This document shows positions 47,653-60,035 of a DNA stretch of 64,000 nucleotides, one piece after another. Position 1 is the first letter of the stretch. Each line of letters begins with the position of its first letter. The position numbers and the translations under genes are program-made. Below the pieces are notes generated by a model, which searched no databases, had not been told where the DNA came from, and was given only the letters and a program-made list of their open reading frames with translations. The stretch is from Diplonema papillatum (Eukaryota): positions 77,284-141,283 of the forward strand of contig JAPJBO010000372.1 in the NCBI GenBank assembly GCA_030068145.1, read 5' to 3'.

Positions 47653-48554
47653 ATGACGCACGTGCCGAATCAAATGGCGGAGGAAACGGAAACGATGGGC
47701 TCATCCGCTGGCATCGCGGCCGGAGTCTCCGGGTTTGTAGCCGGCAGTGCCGCAAGCACAGCCACGATGCTCGCGATTCTGGCCGACGGCACCTGCACCA
47801 ACAAGGAGAAGCCAATGGTGCTCCCTTTGCACCCAACGCAGCTGACGCTCTGGGACAGCATCGCTGCGGGAGCAGTGGTGGGGAACCTGATGATCATGCT
47901 CTTCGTCGGCGCCGTCGGATACCTCTGCCTCATCATCCTCGCCCAGACCCGCTGCTTCGCCGAGCAGCAAACGACGGTTCTCGACCTGCAAGGCATGCTC
48001 CGGTACCCGTCAGCGCCGCTCTTCGTGCTCCTTTTCCTGTACCAGGGCACCTTCGCGGGGGCTGTGCGTTTGGTGATCTGGCCGCCCGGAGACCACATGG
48101 GGCTCGTGGTCCTCGGGTTTCTTGCGTTAATCCCGCTTGTCGGAGCGCCGCTGTGGCTCGTCAACCGCATCCGGGGAGCGGTGCATCCAGTCGCGCAGAG
48201 CGGCAAGGCCTACTACCGACTCGACTCCAACAAGCGCGGGAGGGTCTTCGACTTCATCGTAGGCGCCGGTGAGTGGGTGAGCACCAGCAGGCGGAACAAC
48301 TGGGTGCCGAGGTATCAGACGATGGTTCGGTCGTACAAGCAAAAGCATGCTTGGTTCGTTTTCTTCGAGTTCCTAGGGATGGCGCTCTTGGCGATTGCGA
48401 CCAACTCGAACACGACAAGCTGGACGCAATGTGGACACGTCCGCATGTTCATGGCGCTCCTCAACTTCGCGATGATGCTCGTCGAAGCGTTCCTCGCACC
48501 GCACGTCCGCCACAGGGACAACTGCATCGACATTCTCCGCCTCTTCATTCAAGG
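47653..48554 (+). CDS. Multi-pass membrane protein, first exon(s); the ORF very likely continues by splicing at 48554
   Basis: The listed ORF starts at GTG 47437. In-frame ATGs are at 47653 and 47674 (caaATGG). Several hydrophobic 20-aa segments are present. The ORF body ends ...TTCATTCAAG|GTATTGTACC, a donor-like site, shortly before the stop. Codon usage is GC3-biased. Confidence 0.55.
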
Positions 48555-49589
48555 TATTGTACCCCTTCCGTCTCAAAAAGGCAGATTTAATCCAGTTGGC
48601 TGGCCAACCTCGTATTTCACTCATTCTGCGAAAAAGTGATCAGAACATCGTTGTTGTGTTTGTGACAGGGCACTGGCCAGACGATCAGTTCTACAGCACC
48701 CAGTGGGATACCGAATGGACTGCACGGGTTTTATACTGATTCACTCAGATCAACGCGGTCACAGTAAAATAGTCCTTCAAATAATAGCGCAAGTCAGGAC
48801 CTTCGGCCATGGACTCAGGCAGGTCGCAGGGCTCAAAGGCCAGGCCTGTAAAACTTCCCTCCCGTACAATTGCGGATACTTGAGTACAACCAATGCTGTA
48901 AAGGAAATCTTCCAGCATGTCTCGAAGCGACCATTCACTCTTGGCCATCGTAGGAGGTCAATACATTTGGTCACTTTGTGAACGAGTGTTCATAGCTGAA
49001 ACCAGCGCCACGGTTCCAGCAACGACCCTTGTCAGCCGCAGCCAGACCAGGGATGAAGGTCAGACGAGAGTGCCGATCGCAAATGTCATGAATCCTCAGA
49101 TTTATAGTGGGGGATTGATTAACCCTCTGGAGAGACACAGCACCCATGGGTTTCCTTATTCCATCTTCTGTCCATCACCGGTCGAGCCGTGCTCAGGAAG
49201 TGCACACGCGAGCGGTAACTATGATCCTGCCAGGTGCTAGCGGCAGATCTCCATGAATGAATGACTGAATGCATGAATGAAAAACAAGCACCGTTCCGTC
49301 TGGAACAGGTCAGCGCCAGATTTCATTTTTTTGTTTTTGAACGGTGTCATGGGGGGGGCCTTCACGAGGCGACTCTGTTGACCGCACCTTAATTGAGCTG
49401 CGGTCGCCAATCCCCCAACCGCCAGCATTATGTGCTTGACGCGACGCGGAACGAAGTGCTGCTTAGCAGCCAATGGCCTGTGATGGCTGAGTGGAGTGCA
49501 CACCGGCTGGGCTGGCATTAGCGCTTGCCTCTTGACTACCAATTCTAATTAATTTTGGATCCCCGAGGGCTATTTATTCCCGAGAGAAT

Positions 49590-49720
49590 AGCTATTTATT
49601 ACCGGAAAATAAAAAGCCTTTTTGTCCCGAGGAATCGACTTTTTCTCTCGACTCGCCCGGAGGGCGAGTCGAGAGAAAAAGTCGATTCCGAGGGACAAAA
49701 AGGCTTGTATTTTCCGGTTA
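49590..49720. repeat. Long near-perfect palindrome (about 60-bp arms, GGAGG centre)
   Basis: CCGGAAAATAAAAAGCCTTTTTGTCCCGAGGAATCGACTTTTTCTCTCGACTCGCCCGG agg GCGAGTCGAGAGAAAAAGTCGATTCCGAGGGACAAAAAGGCTTGTATTTTCCGG. Confidence 0.85.
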
Positions 49721-49871
49721 TACGTTGGTTTATTACCGGCTGGGAATCAGTTTTTTCCCGGCCGGGGCTCTCGTGTCCACTGGTCTCATGGTGGCTTCAT
49801 CACTCTCGGCGGTGGCAGTCTCGGTATATCTCTCAGAACGCAGAAGACACGGTAAGAACGGAGTCACGGAG

Positions 49872-50270
49872 TCATGCTCTGATGATCGAAAGAATCTTCG
49901 AGACGTGATCCTTGCTGTAGGTTTTCAGGCGCTGCACTAACCGGGGGAACTTCTTCGCCGGGTTTTCGCCGTAGAGTGTCGTGTGCTTTGTTGTCAGCAT
50001 ACTGAAGTACGACCAGATTGTCGTTGCTGCGAGCCCTCTTTCGTTGCGGAGTGCCTTGATGTACCCTGAGTACTGAGTTTCGTTCGGCTTTCTCGTGGTT
50101 GTGACAGACCTCGGGTAGTTGTGGTGTTCGCGGATGTACGCCAGGAAGTCTTTCCAGACATCCGTGTAGCGCTGCTTCGACTTCTGCGGCATCAGCGAAT
50201 CGGCACTGTCTTCGTCGGATGAAGTCTCCTCGGACTCTTCGCGCTTTCTCTTCGGCCCTTTCGCCGGCAT
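49872..50270 (-). pseudogene. Fragment paralogous to the N-terminal region of the tyrosine-recombinase protein at 52044-52745
   Basis: MPAKGPKRKREESEETSSDEDS...YTDVWKDFLAYIREHHNY...TTIWSYFSMLTTKH aligns with MPGKKRKAPSASSESSDSESSDS...YDKTYDDFVKFCRIRTRT...TLWSGFSMLKSCIQ at about 30-35% identity. No catalytic portion follows. Confidence 0.5.
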
Positions 50271-51094
50271 TTTCTTTCCCGGATTGATTTCTGGTTCTTT
50301 TCCTGTCTCGTTGTGAGGTTTTAGTGCGTGTTTGGGATGATTTCTGTCTCATAGTCCCCTCTTTGCGCACAGCACGGCCTCCCGGGAAAATAAGGATTTA
50401 CCGGGAAAATAAGGATTTTGCGGGAAAATAAGGCTTTATTTTGTCCCGCTTTTTCTTAACTTTTGTGTGGCAGCCGGGAAAAAAAATTCCCAGCCGGTAA
50501 TAAAAGTTGTTTTCTGGCACGAGTAGTTTTCCGGTGTGCCACGAGTGGCCGTAGGCCTGCGAAATGACGCAGAAAGAGGCAAGAACAAGTCTAGATGCCT
50601 GTGTGGCACGGGTCAGTTTTGAGAGTGAATAGCAGAAAACCGTGCCACCGATGATGTAGACAACTGCTGGCTGGGAGCGGCTCCTTTTTGGACCCCACGA
50701 ACATCACCTGCCCCCACTGTTGGCTTTCTTGCCAAAGTCTCGCAATTTTGGAAACGGCACAAGGCTTTTGATCAATGTACTGTTGGACGAGTCTTGGGGC
50801 TTGACCAGCCGCAAAAACTCCGAAGTGCTGCTACAGACCGGCCTGAATCGTTGTGTTTCCAAAAAGTGTGCGCACCCCTCGAGTTCAGAAAAGTCGCGCT
50901 CTGCGATAGAAAAGCCATCTTATTCACTCGAAAAAGTTGTTTTCTGGCACTCGTAGTTTTCCGGTGTGCCACTCGTGGTGGCACTATTCACTCTCAAAAA
51001 CAAGCCCTGCCACGGCCTAATGCCAGCAATAATTGCCTACTTTGCTCTTTTGTCCACTGAAATCCTGTGTTCTTGTGCTGCATTATCCTGGAAA

Positions 51095-51365
51095 ACAGCA
51101 TTGGCCTGGAGTGTAGAAAAGTAGGTCTGAAGTGTAGAAAAGTAGGTCCAGAGTGTAGAAAAGTAGCACCCCGAGAGTGCAGAAAAGTCGCGTGCCAGGT
51201 AGAAAAAGACTTTTTTGTCACTGCACTCTCGATTTCGTCACTCCTTAATTTTCCATTTCGTAACTCCAGACCTTCATTTCGTCGCTCCAGACGTTCATTT
51301 CGTAACTCCGGAAATCCATTTCGTCACTCCGGAATTCCATTTGGTCACTCCGGATTTTCTTTTCA
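51095..51365. repeat. Two arrays of 21-bp tandem repeats (AGTGTAGAAAAGTAGGTC.GA x4 at 51095-51190; CATTTCGT.ACTCCGGA..TC x6 at 51240-51365) flanking the left inverted repeat of the YR element
   Basis: Direct observation. ORF 51067-51627 (+) is an artefact of these arrays. Confidence 0.85.
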
Positions 51366-52848
51366 CATGAAGACGAAAAAATGGTCAGGATGCACAAAAA
51401 CGAGGACAAAACGCAAGAAAATGGGCTCGAAACACGAGACAATGATGGAATTAACGCAGAATGAAAGAAAGATTGTTGGTAAATTTAGGTCATTTCCGAC
51501 GGTTGGCCTTTGCCTGCAAAGCGTCAGACCCGATCTGAATCACGCTATTCTCCGCAACAATGGAGATGTAGATAATGTTCTGGGGTGTCGTTGGAAAGGC
51601 AAATGGTGTGGGCAGGCTAGGCAATGAGGCCTGCAGGGGGGAAGGCAACGAGTTTTCTGAAGGTTCCAGGTTAGGTAAGGTCGTTTGCTCAGATGCAGGC
51701 ATCAGATCAGAAGCCAGAGACTGTAACATGCTCTTACTTCGATCGAGGTACTGTTGTGCTGATGACAGGGATGACCAGCCGAAGAAGCGCATAGGGAGAC
51801 CCCCCCTTGTCGGCGAGGTGTGTGGCAGCACTTCTCCTCAGGCTGTGACTCGTGTAAGTTTCTGGGTTGCTAAGTTTCAGTTTTCCCGCAGCAATGACTG
51901 ACACATTGCGGCAGCTGTTGATTCCCCAACGTTGTGCTTTAAAGCCTGAAGCCTCTCCACGGGCCTTGTAGAGAATCGCGTGCCACAGAAAAGAGCAGGC
52001 AGTCAGTTCATTGGGTAGCTTGCTCAGGTACAACCTCAGAGCGTCAAGCGGTGCACCAGAAGGAACCAAAAATATACTGCTCTTTTTTTGGCCCCCTCTG
52101 CTTGCACGGCTGGTAGGAAATCCAACATCCGAGTTCCTCCATAGTCAAGGAAGCCTTGGCGATGCTGTACCCTTCTTCGAGTCTGAGTCCGCCGTAATAG
52201 ACGACTGTGAAGAACGCCCGGCAGATGGCTGCTTGCTCCGAAACATCTTCTGCGTCCTTCAAGTACTGCTGTACCTGGGCGGAGGTGAAAGTAGATGCTT
52301 TTTTTGTCGGCCGACCCTCTTCTTCCTGGCGTTTCAGAAACAGGGTAACCTTCTTGTAATCAGCAGCAGTAGCAAACCGGCTCTGGATACAGCTCTTCAA
52401 CATGCTGAATCCGGACCACAGCGTCTTGTACTTGAATCCCCGATTGTCAGCCAGGTCGTTGAGGTAGAGCAAAATGTCATCTTCACGCGGGGTTCTTGTC
52501 CGGATCCTGCAGAACTTCACGAAATCGTCGTATGTCTTGTCGTAGATAGCTTTGCTCTTCTTTGGCTGAAGTCCCTGTGCAATCATCTGTGCAGCATCCT
52601 TTTTGCAATCAGACAACGATGATGCGCTGTCTGATGACTCGCTGTCTGAGCTTTCCGAGCTCGCAGAAGGCGCTTTCCTCTTCTTTCCCGGCATTTCTTT
52701 GGATGTTCCCTGCACCCGTTGACCCTCCTGGCGTGGTTTTGACACTTTTCATAACTCCCTGAAAACACATTTTCACTCCGTGTTTCGTCACTTTGGTCAT
52801 TTTCGCACCCCTTCGGAGTGACTTCATTGAGAGTGCAGTGACAAAAAT
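51213..52848 (-). mobile_element. Crypton/DIRS-like tyrosine-recombinase element, about 1.64 kb, bounded by imperfect inverted repeats of about 33 bp, with subterminal 21-bp repeats; the coding region is frameshifted
   Basis: Left IR 51213-51245 TTTTTTGTCACTGCACTCTCGATTTCGTCACTCC; right IR 52815-52848 GGAGTGACTTCATTGAGAGTGCAGTGACAAAAA, about 27 of 33 matching as reverse complements. The YR ORFs lie between them. Confidence 0.55.
51734..52745 (-). pseudogene. Tyrosine recombinase (phage-integrase / Crypton-DIRS type), disrupted by a frameshift near 52050 and lacking a clear C-terminal Tyr segment
   Basis: ORF 52044-52745 has an NLS-like N-terminus and a box-I-like TVVYYGGLRLEEGYSIAKASL with the conserved Arg. 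ORF 51734-52069, in another frame, has a box-II-like YTSHSLRRSAATHLADKGG (H-x-L-R-R...A-T-H-L...G; compare DIRS/Crypton HSLRRGGAT). The ORF ends soon after, so it is probably not functional. Confidence 0.6.
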
Positions 52849-52859
52849 ACCCTTATCAC

Positions 52860-52950
52860 CCATTAATGACGAAAAATCACTCTCGAATCCAAATTTTTGG
52901 CTCTCGACCCTTCGGGTCTCGAGCCAAAAATTTGGGTTCTCGAGTGATTT
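52860..52950. repeat. Near-perfect palindrome (about 40-bp arms) between the YR element and the hAT element
   Basis: CGAAAAATCACTCTCGAATCCAAATTTTTGGCTCTCGACCC ttc GGGTCTCGAGCCAAAAATTTGGGTTCTCGAGTGATTTTTTTCG. Confidence 0.85.
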
Positions 52951-55900
52951 TTTTCGCCATTATTAACACGGAATGAAAACGATAGTTAAAAAAAAAGATC
53001 ATTCTCAAAAGTGAAATATCATCGTTTTTTATCGTTTTGAAAAAACGATCGTTTATTTTTCTTCAGTTTTTCCTGTTGAAATTAGTCAGAAGTGTCCATT
53101 TATTGTGTAGTAGTTGGCTTCGGTGGGCGGGGATTCAGCTACCTCGTAGCCTTTCATGTCGGAATCGGGTGAGCTGTTGCTCCAGTATTGACAGCAATCT
53201 GCCAAGCATCCCCGACACGCTGATGAATCTCTAGCAGCCCACTAAGCCCCAGTGACTATGGCATCTGTGCCGCCGTAATGCTCGTCGTAAATGTCACTTT
53301 CCTGGGGTTCATAGAATCCGGCCTTGATTTTGCCTTTGTGCTTTTGGGTTACATCCTTGTTTGCCGCATGAATTGTTATGACAGTCTTACTTGCCGCACT
53401 TAGTCGTTCTCTTCCAGCAAGGACCCTCCCACAAAGGCTAAAAAATGAATCACACTCTGTTGCTACTGGGGAAAGAGCAAGGATTGCCAAGACGTATTTG
53501 CGCAGTGTCGGATTTTCGTGGCACCGCCACCATGCTTCAGCTCTTGTTTTCGGTGAGAGGTTTTTGGCTTCTTCGATGTATGCATCGTGTTCGTCATCTG
53601 TGATGGGCAGCTTCAATAGCATTCTCATTTCACTTGCTGTGAGAAGGCTCTTTGTTGCACGCATTAGCTTGGCAGAGGCCGGGTTCAGCTGCCTCATGGC
53701 CTTCCACTGGTAATAGGAACACACTTCGGAAGCGGGTGAGTTACTGCCCCAGTACGTGTTGACAGCAGCTTCTAACAGCCCACTGAGCGGGTTCGTACCC
53801 TTCTCGTGCATCAGCTGTGCAGTGCTTGCCAGTTCGGAGAGATCACCAAACACCTCGGTACACATCATAGAGCGTTTGTGTCCGTCTGCATATTTGATCA
53901 ACAGACCTCGCATAGGCTCCGTGGCTTCTATCATCTGATCAAGTACCTTCTCAATCCCTTCTTTCTTGTGATCACGCAAGATGACGCAAAGATCAATGAG
54001 CGACTTCGGAGCTGCCTTGCTGCTGCGGAGTTCACTGGCGGCAAAGCAATACAATGCATTCACTCGAGCTCGCAAGTGCTTGTAAATATCCAACCTGTGC
54101 CGGTACTTCGTATCGGACAACAGCGGACACCGCTGAGGTGGTGCAGCTTCGGCAGATCGCTGGTCACTTGCAATGGTCTTGTGCAGTTTTGAAATGCAGT
54201 CCGAGAGTTCTTCTACATTGCTCGCTGCATTGACCGCAGTGAGGTCCTGCGCCTTTGCCATGTTGCACACACGAGTTTTGTATTCGTTGAGGATGTAATC
54301 CGCTTCTGCCCTCGTCATTGCGCCAAAGCTCTTAAGCTCGCTCACCAGTTCATCGAGGCCGCTTACCTTCGTCTGAGAGACCAAGACACGCTGTACCTCT
54401 ACCCACCGTGCAGCACGAAAGCCGTTCAGCTCCCCGAAGAGGAGATTGTCGATCAAACTCGCAACTCGTAGAGCTGGGTCGCCCGACTCTTTTGCAAAGG
54501 TTTCAAATTTCTCCCCCATATTGTGAATAAGATGAGCCACGCAGGAAACCAGTAGAGCTCCGAATTTTTCTGCAATTAAACGCGACGCCGCTCCGTCTGC
54601 TCCTCCCCGATCAGCGCGAACAAATGTCGGTATCACGATGCCCAGCTTGCTAATATGAACCTCAATAGCCTTAGTCAGCTCATCGCTGTCCCAAGACTTG
54701 CCATCTTCTCGGACAAGTGGCGGCAACGCAAACGTCCCGCTTAGGCATGATGCCATGAGCGCCTTAGCTGGCTGTGCACCCAACTTACCACCATCAAAGG
54801 CCAAAGACCACAAAGCGCCATTGAGCTTGCTTTTGATTGTCTCCATCGCAGCTGTTGTCAGCGCCTTTTCCCTCTTCTGCACGATGCCTCCCACGTCAAC
54901 GTCGCTTGCGGGAATCCTCATCCCCCTCAGCACCTGCAGGATGCTGCTTAGTGTTGTGGGGGAGACCCCGGTGTAGAGACAAGCTTCAGTGCAGCGCTCC
55001 TCGAAGAGGCTGCTCTCAGAGAAGAATGGCAGTAGAGACGCCGTGCTCTTTTTCTCATCCTTTTCCGCCTTCATGCGCTTGATGTGCCTTGGTCCAAGGT
55101 GGGTAAGGTAGTCGCTTTTTTGCGTCCCAGGATGCCACACCCTCTTGCAGTACACGCACCCAATCACTTTCTGCTCACCTTCCCATTCAAGGATTAAAGA
55201 AGCGTGACCCTCCCAACCAGCCGTCTCCTTCAGCGCAACCACTCTCAAGTCCGGGAAGCTAGTGGCGTAGCCTAAAACCTTTGCTGACAGCTCCTCGAGG
55301 TGCTTCTTCTTCTCTTTCGGCTTGCTCTGCTCGTTGCTGTCTGTTCTGGTTGCCTTGCGTCTGGACTCGTCCTCAACACTTGCTGCTAGCTTGCGCTTCT
55401 CAGCTGTGGCTTCTCCTGCAGGACGCCCTCGGCCGCGCTCCTGTGCTGTGGCTTGTGGCAATTCCTGACCAAGCCGACGAATCTCTGCTATTCCCAGCTT
55501 CTTGACCAATTCATCCTTCGAGCCCTTCCAGGTTTTTGTAATGACACCTTCCTCCTCCCCCTGTTCTCGCACTTTCTTCTTCGTCAACTTTGCGTACTTC
55601 TTGATGATCGACTTGAGTTTTGACTCCTCCACCTGAGACAATGATTCCTGCTTCGACTCCGGCGAACTGTCTGATGAATCGTCCGACGAGGTTGAACTGC
55701 TGTCGCATGATAGAGGCTTCTTCAATGACATTTCTGATGCCCTCCCTCGACCCCGTTCTCTGTTCGATCATGGTGTCATAGCGTCACAGTAGCTGTGACG
55801 TGATACACATCAAACATCGGTCTACTTGACACTTCGCTCTCGACGTTATCAGCACCATGAAGACCTAGGAGGCAGCCCAGTATGGCAGCCCACGGTCGCT

Positions 55901-56100
55901 GCACCGCGTCAAGTTGCGAAGACATTAATACTACGATATAATCGAACGAAGGTCCTACTACAGGAAGCTACTGCACTGGGCAAATGCCTATGGAAAAAAA
56001 ACGATCGTTTTTTTTTTTCACGATCGTTTTTTTGCAGGCCAAAATCACGAATTCTCGTAAACGATCGTTTCCAATCCGTGTATTAACAGGTAATAAATTG
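52945..56100 (-). mobile_element. hAT-superfamily DNA transposon, about 3.15 kb, with an apparently intact transposase and AACGATCGTTT subterminal repeats at both ends; exact TIR and TSD not resolved
   Basis: The palindromic motif AAACGATCGTTT recurs at 53020-53060 and 55990-56080, flanking the transposase ORF. Short inverted matches ...TTAACACGG (52949-52957) and CCGTGTATTAA (56086-56096) are candidate termini. GC and codon usage differ from host genes. Confidence 0.6.
53242..55731 (-). CDS. hAT transposase (829 aa) with N-terminal BED-type zinc finger and C-terminal hAT dimerisation domain
   Basis: BED-like CVYCKRVWHPGTQKSDYLTHLGPRH (C-x2-C...H-x4-H). The C-terminal ...YVLAILALSPVATECDSFFSLCGRVLAGRERLSAASKTVITIHAANKD matches the hAT C-terminal signature (L..LA..PASSA.SER.FS.AG.I.T..R.RL....V..L.F...N). 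The ORF is intact. Confidence 0.8.
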   Translation of the reverse strand: MSLKKPLSCDSSSTSSDDSSDSSPESKQESLSQVEESKLKSIIKKYAKLTKKKVREQGEEEGVITKTWKGSKDELVKKLGIAEIRRLGQELPQATAQERGRGRPAGEATAEKRKLAASVEDESRRKATRTDSNEQSKPKEKKKHLEELSAKVLGYATSFPDLRVVALKETAGWEGHASLILEWEGEQKVIGCVYCKRVWHPGTQKSDYLTHLGPRHIKRMKAEKDEKKSTASLLPFFSESSLFEERCTEACLYTGVSPTTLSSILQVLRGMRIPASDVDVGGIVQKREKALTTAAMETIKSKLNGALWSLAFDGGKLGAQPAKALMASCLSGTFALPPLVREDGKSWDSDELTKAIEVHISKLGIVIPTFVRADRGGADGAASRLIAEKFGALLVSCVAHLIHNMGEKFETFAKESGDPALRVASLIDNLLFGELNGFRAARWVEVQRVLVSQTKVSGLDELVSELKSFGAMTRAEADYILNEYKTRVCNMAKAQDLTAVNAASNVEELSDCISKLHKTIASDQRSAEAAPPQRCPLLSDTKYRHRLDIYKHLRARVNALYCFAASELRSSKAAPKSLIDLCVILRDHKKEGIEKVLDQMIEATEPMRGLLIKYADGHKRSMMCTEVFGDLSELASTAQLMHEKGTNPLSGLLEAAVNTYWGSNSPASEVCSYYQWKAMRQLNPASAKLMRATKSLLTASEMRMLLKLPITDDEHDAYIEEAKNLSPKTRAEAWWRCHENPTLRKYVLAILALSPVATECDSFFSLCGRVLAGRERLSAASKTVITIHAANKDVTQKHKGKIKAGFYEPQESDIYDEHYGGTDAIVTGA

Positions 56101-56329
56101 GGCAACTGCACCTCAGTACCACCGACACCCTCTGGGTGCTTCCAGGGTACGCGCAATCGGGGTTTTGAAACATGAAGCTTAATATCAAAAGCCCGCACCC
56201 ACGCGGCGTTGACTGTGGCTGGTCTTTGTAAGCGGCCTTGATGTTACTTTGATCAAACTCACACTAAGCTGAAACTACTACTACTTGTGCAGTCTATCGT
56301 CACAGATTGTCGCTGCATATCAAGTTCAA

Positions 56330-56874
<545 letters not shown>

Positions 56875-57065
56875 TTGCAGTTTACTGAGGGAACTGGAGC
56901 AAGACGCATGGCTAGACGAGCACGACCACCTCGAATCGACACCAGAAGAATTCGGGGTGGGGCTGGCTTCGACGACTAGTAATATCCCGGTAAATGGTAG
57001 CACTCCTGAACAAGCCTGAACCAACAGGATCAAAGAATGTCAGTCACACCTTCCCGATTCTTTTT

Positions 57066-57230
57066 CCCACCCTCCATCCCCCGCGTGACGTCGTCCCAGC
57101 GGCGATCATAGCTTGCCTCATGGTCGGTGTTCTTCCCCTTCGTTTGTTTGTAAGTATCCGCTTTGGTTTCACCCTTTGTTTTCAGATGGAGTTGCACGAG
57201 CCGACCGGAGGAAGGGGTCAGCACAAGCCC
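57066..57230. repeat. Segment of about 160 bp, conserved with window positions 1-160, lying between the two (TAC)n arrays
   Basis: CCCTCCATCCCCCGCGTGACGTCGTCCC.GCGGCGATCATAGCTTGCCTCATGGTCGGTGTTC..CCCTTCGTTTGTTT is 95% identical over the first roughly 90 bp, then about 70% identical for some 70 bp more. Copy 2 contains GTAAGTATCC...CCCTTTGTTTTCAG|ATGGAG, which looks like a very short intron. Confidence 0.85.
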
Positions 57231-57278
57231 CAGGAAGCCAAGCCAGTGCGAGAGGCCAGAAGACGCCAGCTCCAATTC

Positions 57279-58629
<1,351 letters not shown>

Positions 58630-58974
58630 GTTTTTGAACGATCTTTCCGGAAGTTCACGTGACCCGTCAGGAAATCTGCCGTCACACCACTGTAGCAGTA
58701 CACGTACTACTGAGCTCCCAAAACACTCGACGCACCGAGGAATCGAACCAGCGTACCATTTTGGTGGTTCGTGCGAAATGAAGAGAAGAAGATACGGGGG
58801 GGCGCGGTCTAAGTGGTAGGACGACTGATTGCCAAACAGCCGGACGACGGTTCGAATCCCAATGCCTGGTATTTCTGTGGTGTACTCGTGTACTCAAAAG
58901 GCCACCTGTTTTCTCCTTTCAACACCGCGACTTGAATTATTTGCCCCCCCACCTACACAACCACTCAGGCGTGG

Positions 58975-60035
58975 CGATGCTGTGCATGTCGTTCGGCTTC
59001 TACAGCAACGACGCGGAGCACGGCGGGTTCGGTGCCGCGGGACCGCTGCTTTTGGTGGCCACGGCGCTGCTCCTGCTGAAGCTCGTGCTCGACATCGTGG
59101 CCGAGATTTGGATCCTGTGCACGGGCCGGCGCAACGAGCTGCAGGAGGAGGCGTGGAAGGAGACCGAGGCCGCCGAGCTCGAGAGCTTGAACCAAACCCT
59201 GCCGCTGTGCGTGCTGGACGCCGCGATGGACAACGATTCGCTGGGGAAGGCAGTGTACGAGAACATGGATGTGGCCAGCCCCGCAGTGAGCCCCGCGGCG
59301 TGCACCGACAGAGACGACAGGGAAGAGAGGGAAGAACAGTCGTGGATCGCATTCGGCGGGGACAGAGACAGAGAAGACAGAGAAGAAATGCTGGACAGCC
59401 CGCGGCGATCTGTGACGCCCGAAGAAGTCGTGCCGGGAGCAGCCGTCGTGCCGGCGAGGAGGAGGCAGTCGAGGGCCCGGCCGTCGTCTCCCAGCTCGAA
59501 CGCGCCGTCGACGACGAGTCAGAAGGACGAATTTGCGGCGACGAAGAAGAAGCTGCAGACGGAGCTGCAGTCCGGGAACTACCAGCGCGCCTTGGCCGCA
59601 TTCCGGGACCTGGCCAAGTTGAACGGCGGCGACGAGGTGGCGGTGCAGATGCTCTGCTCGCGGCTGCCCGGCGAAAAGAGGGAGCGCATCGCGTCGCAGC
59701 CGCTGCGGTACCTCGCCACCGCCGTCCGGCAGAAAAGCAGGGTCGGCTCGCCGGTTGTCATCGGCGGCCCGCGCACGGTGCCCCGCTCCCAGTCCCAGAA
59801 CGCGCTGCCCATACCCGTCATATCCGACGACGAAGGCGACGCTTCCGCCAGCCTCCCGTCTATGTCCCCATACCTCAAGCCCAGCTCCCCCTTCGGCAAC
59901 CCCATGTCGCCATCCCTCAAGCCCAGCTCGCCCATGGGCAAGCCCACCGCCCCGAAGGCCACACGCAGGGTCAGCCACGCTGTCGGCCGTGGCACCGGCG
60001 GCGTCCTGGTTTCCGACAAATCAATGATGTACTGA
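58975..60035 (+). CDS. Hypothetical membrane-anchored protein (about 353 aa from the first ATG): N-terminal transmembrane helix, acidic and Ser/Pro-rich low-complexity tail with SP[YS]LKPSSP repeats
   Basis: The listed ORF start 58932 may be a non-ATG start; the first ATG is at about 58975 (gtggcgATGctgtgcATGtcg). GAAGPLLLVATALLLLKLVLDIV is a TM-like segment. GC3-rich codons. Repeats MSPYLKPSSPFGNPMSPSLKPSSPMGKP near the C-terminus. Confidence 0.55.

Noticed and set aside
58725-58865. tRNA-like T-arm sequences (GGTTCGAATCC on + at 58848-58858; GGTTCGATTCC on - at 58740-58750)
   Set aside because: I tried to fold both as tRNAs. Only 2 of 5 T-stem pairs form, no acceptor stem complementarity is present, and the anticodon loop would be 9 nt. 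At best they are degraded tRNA-derived SINE fragments, so not called.
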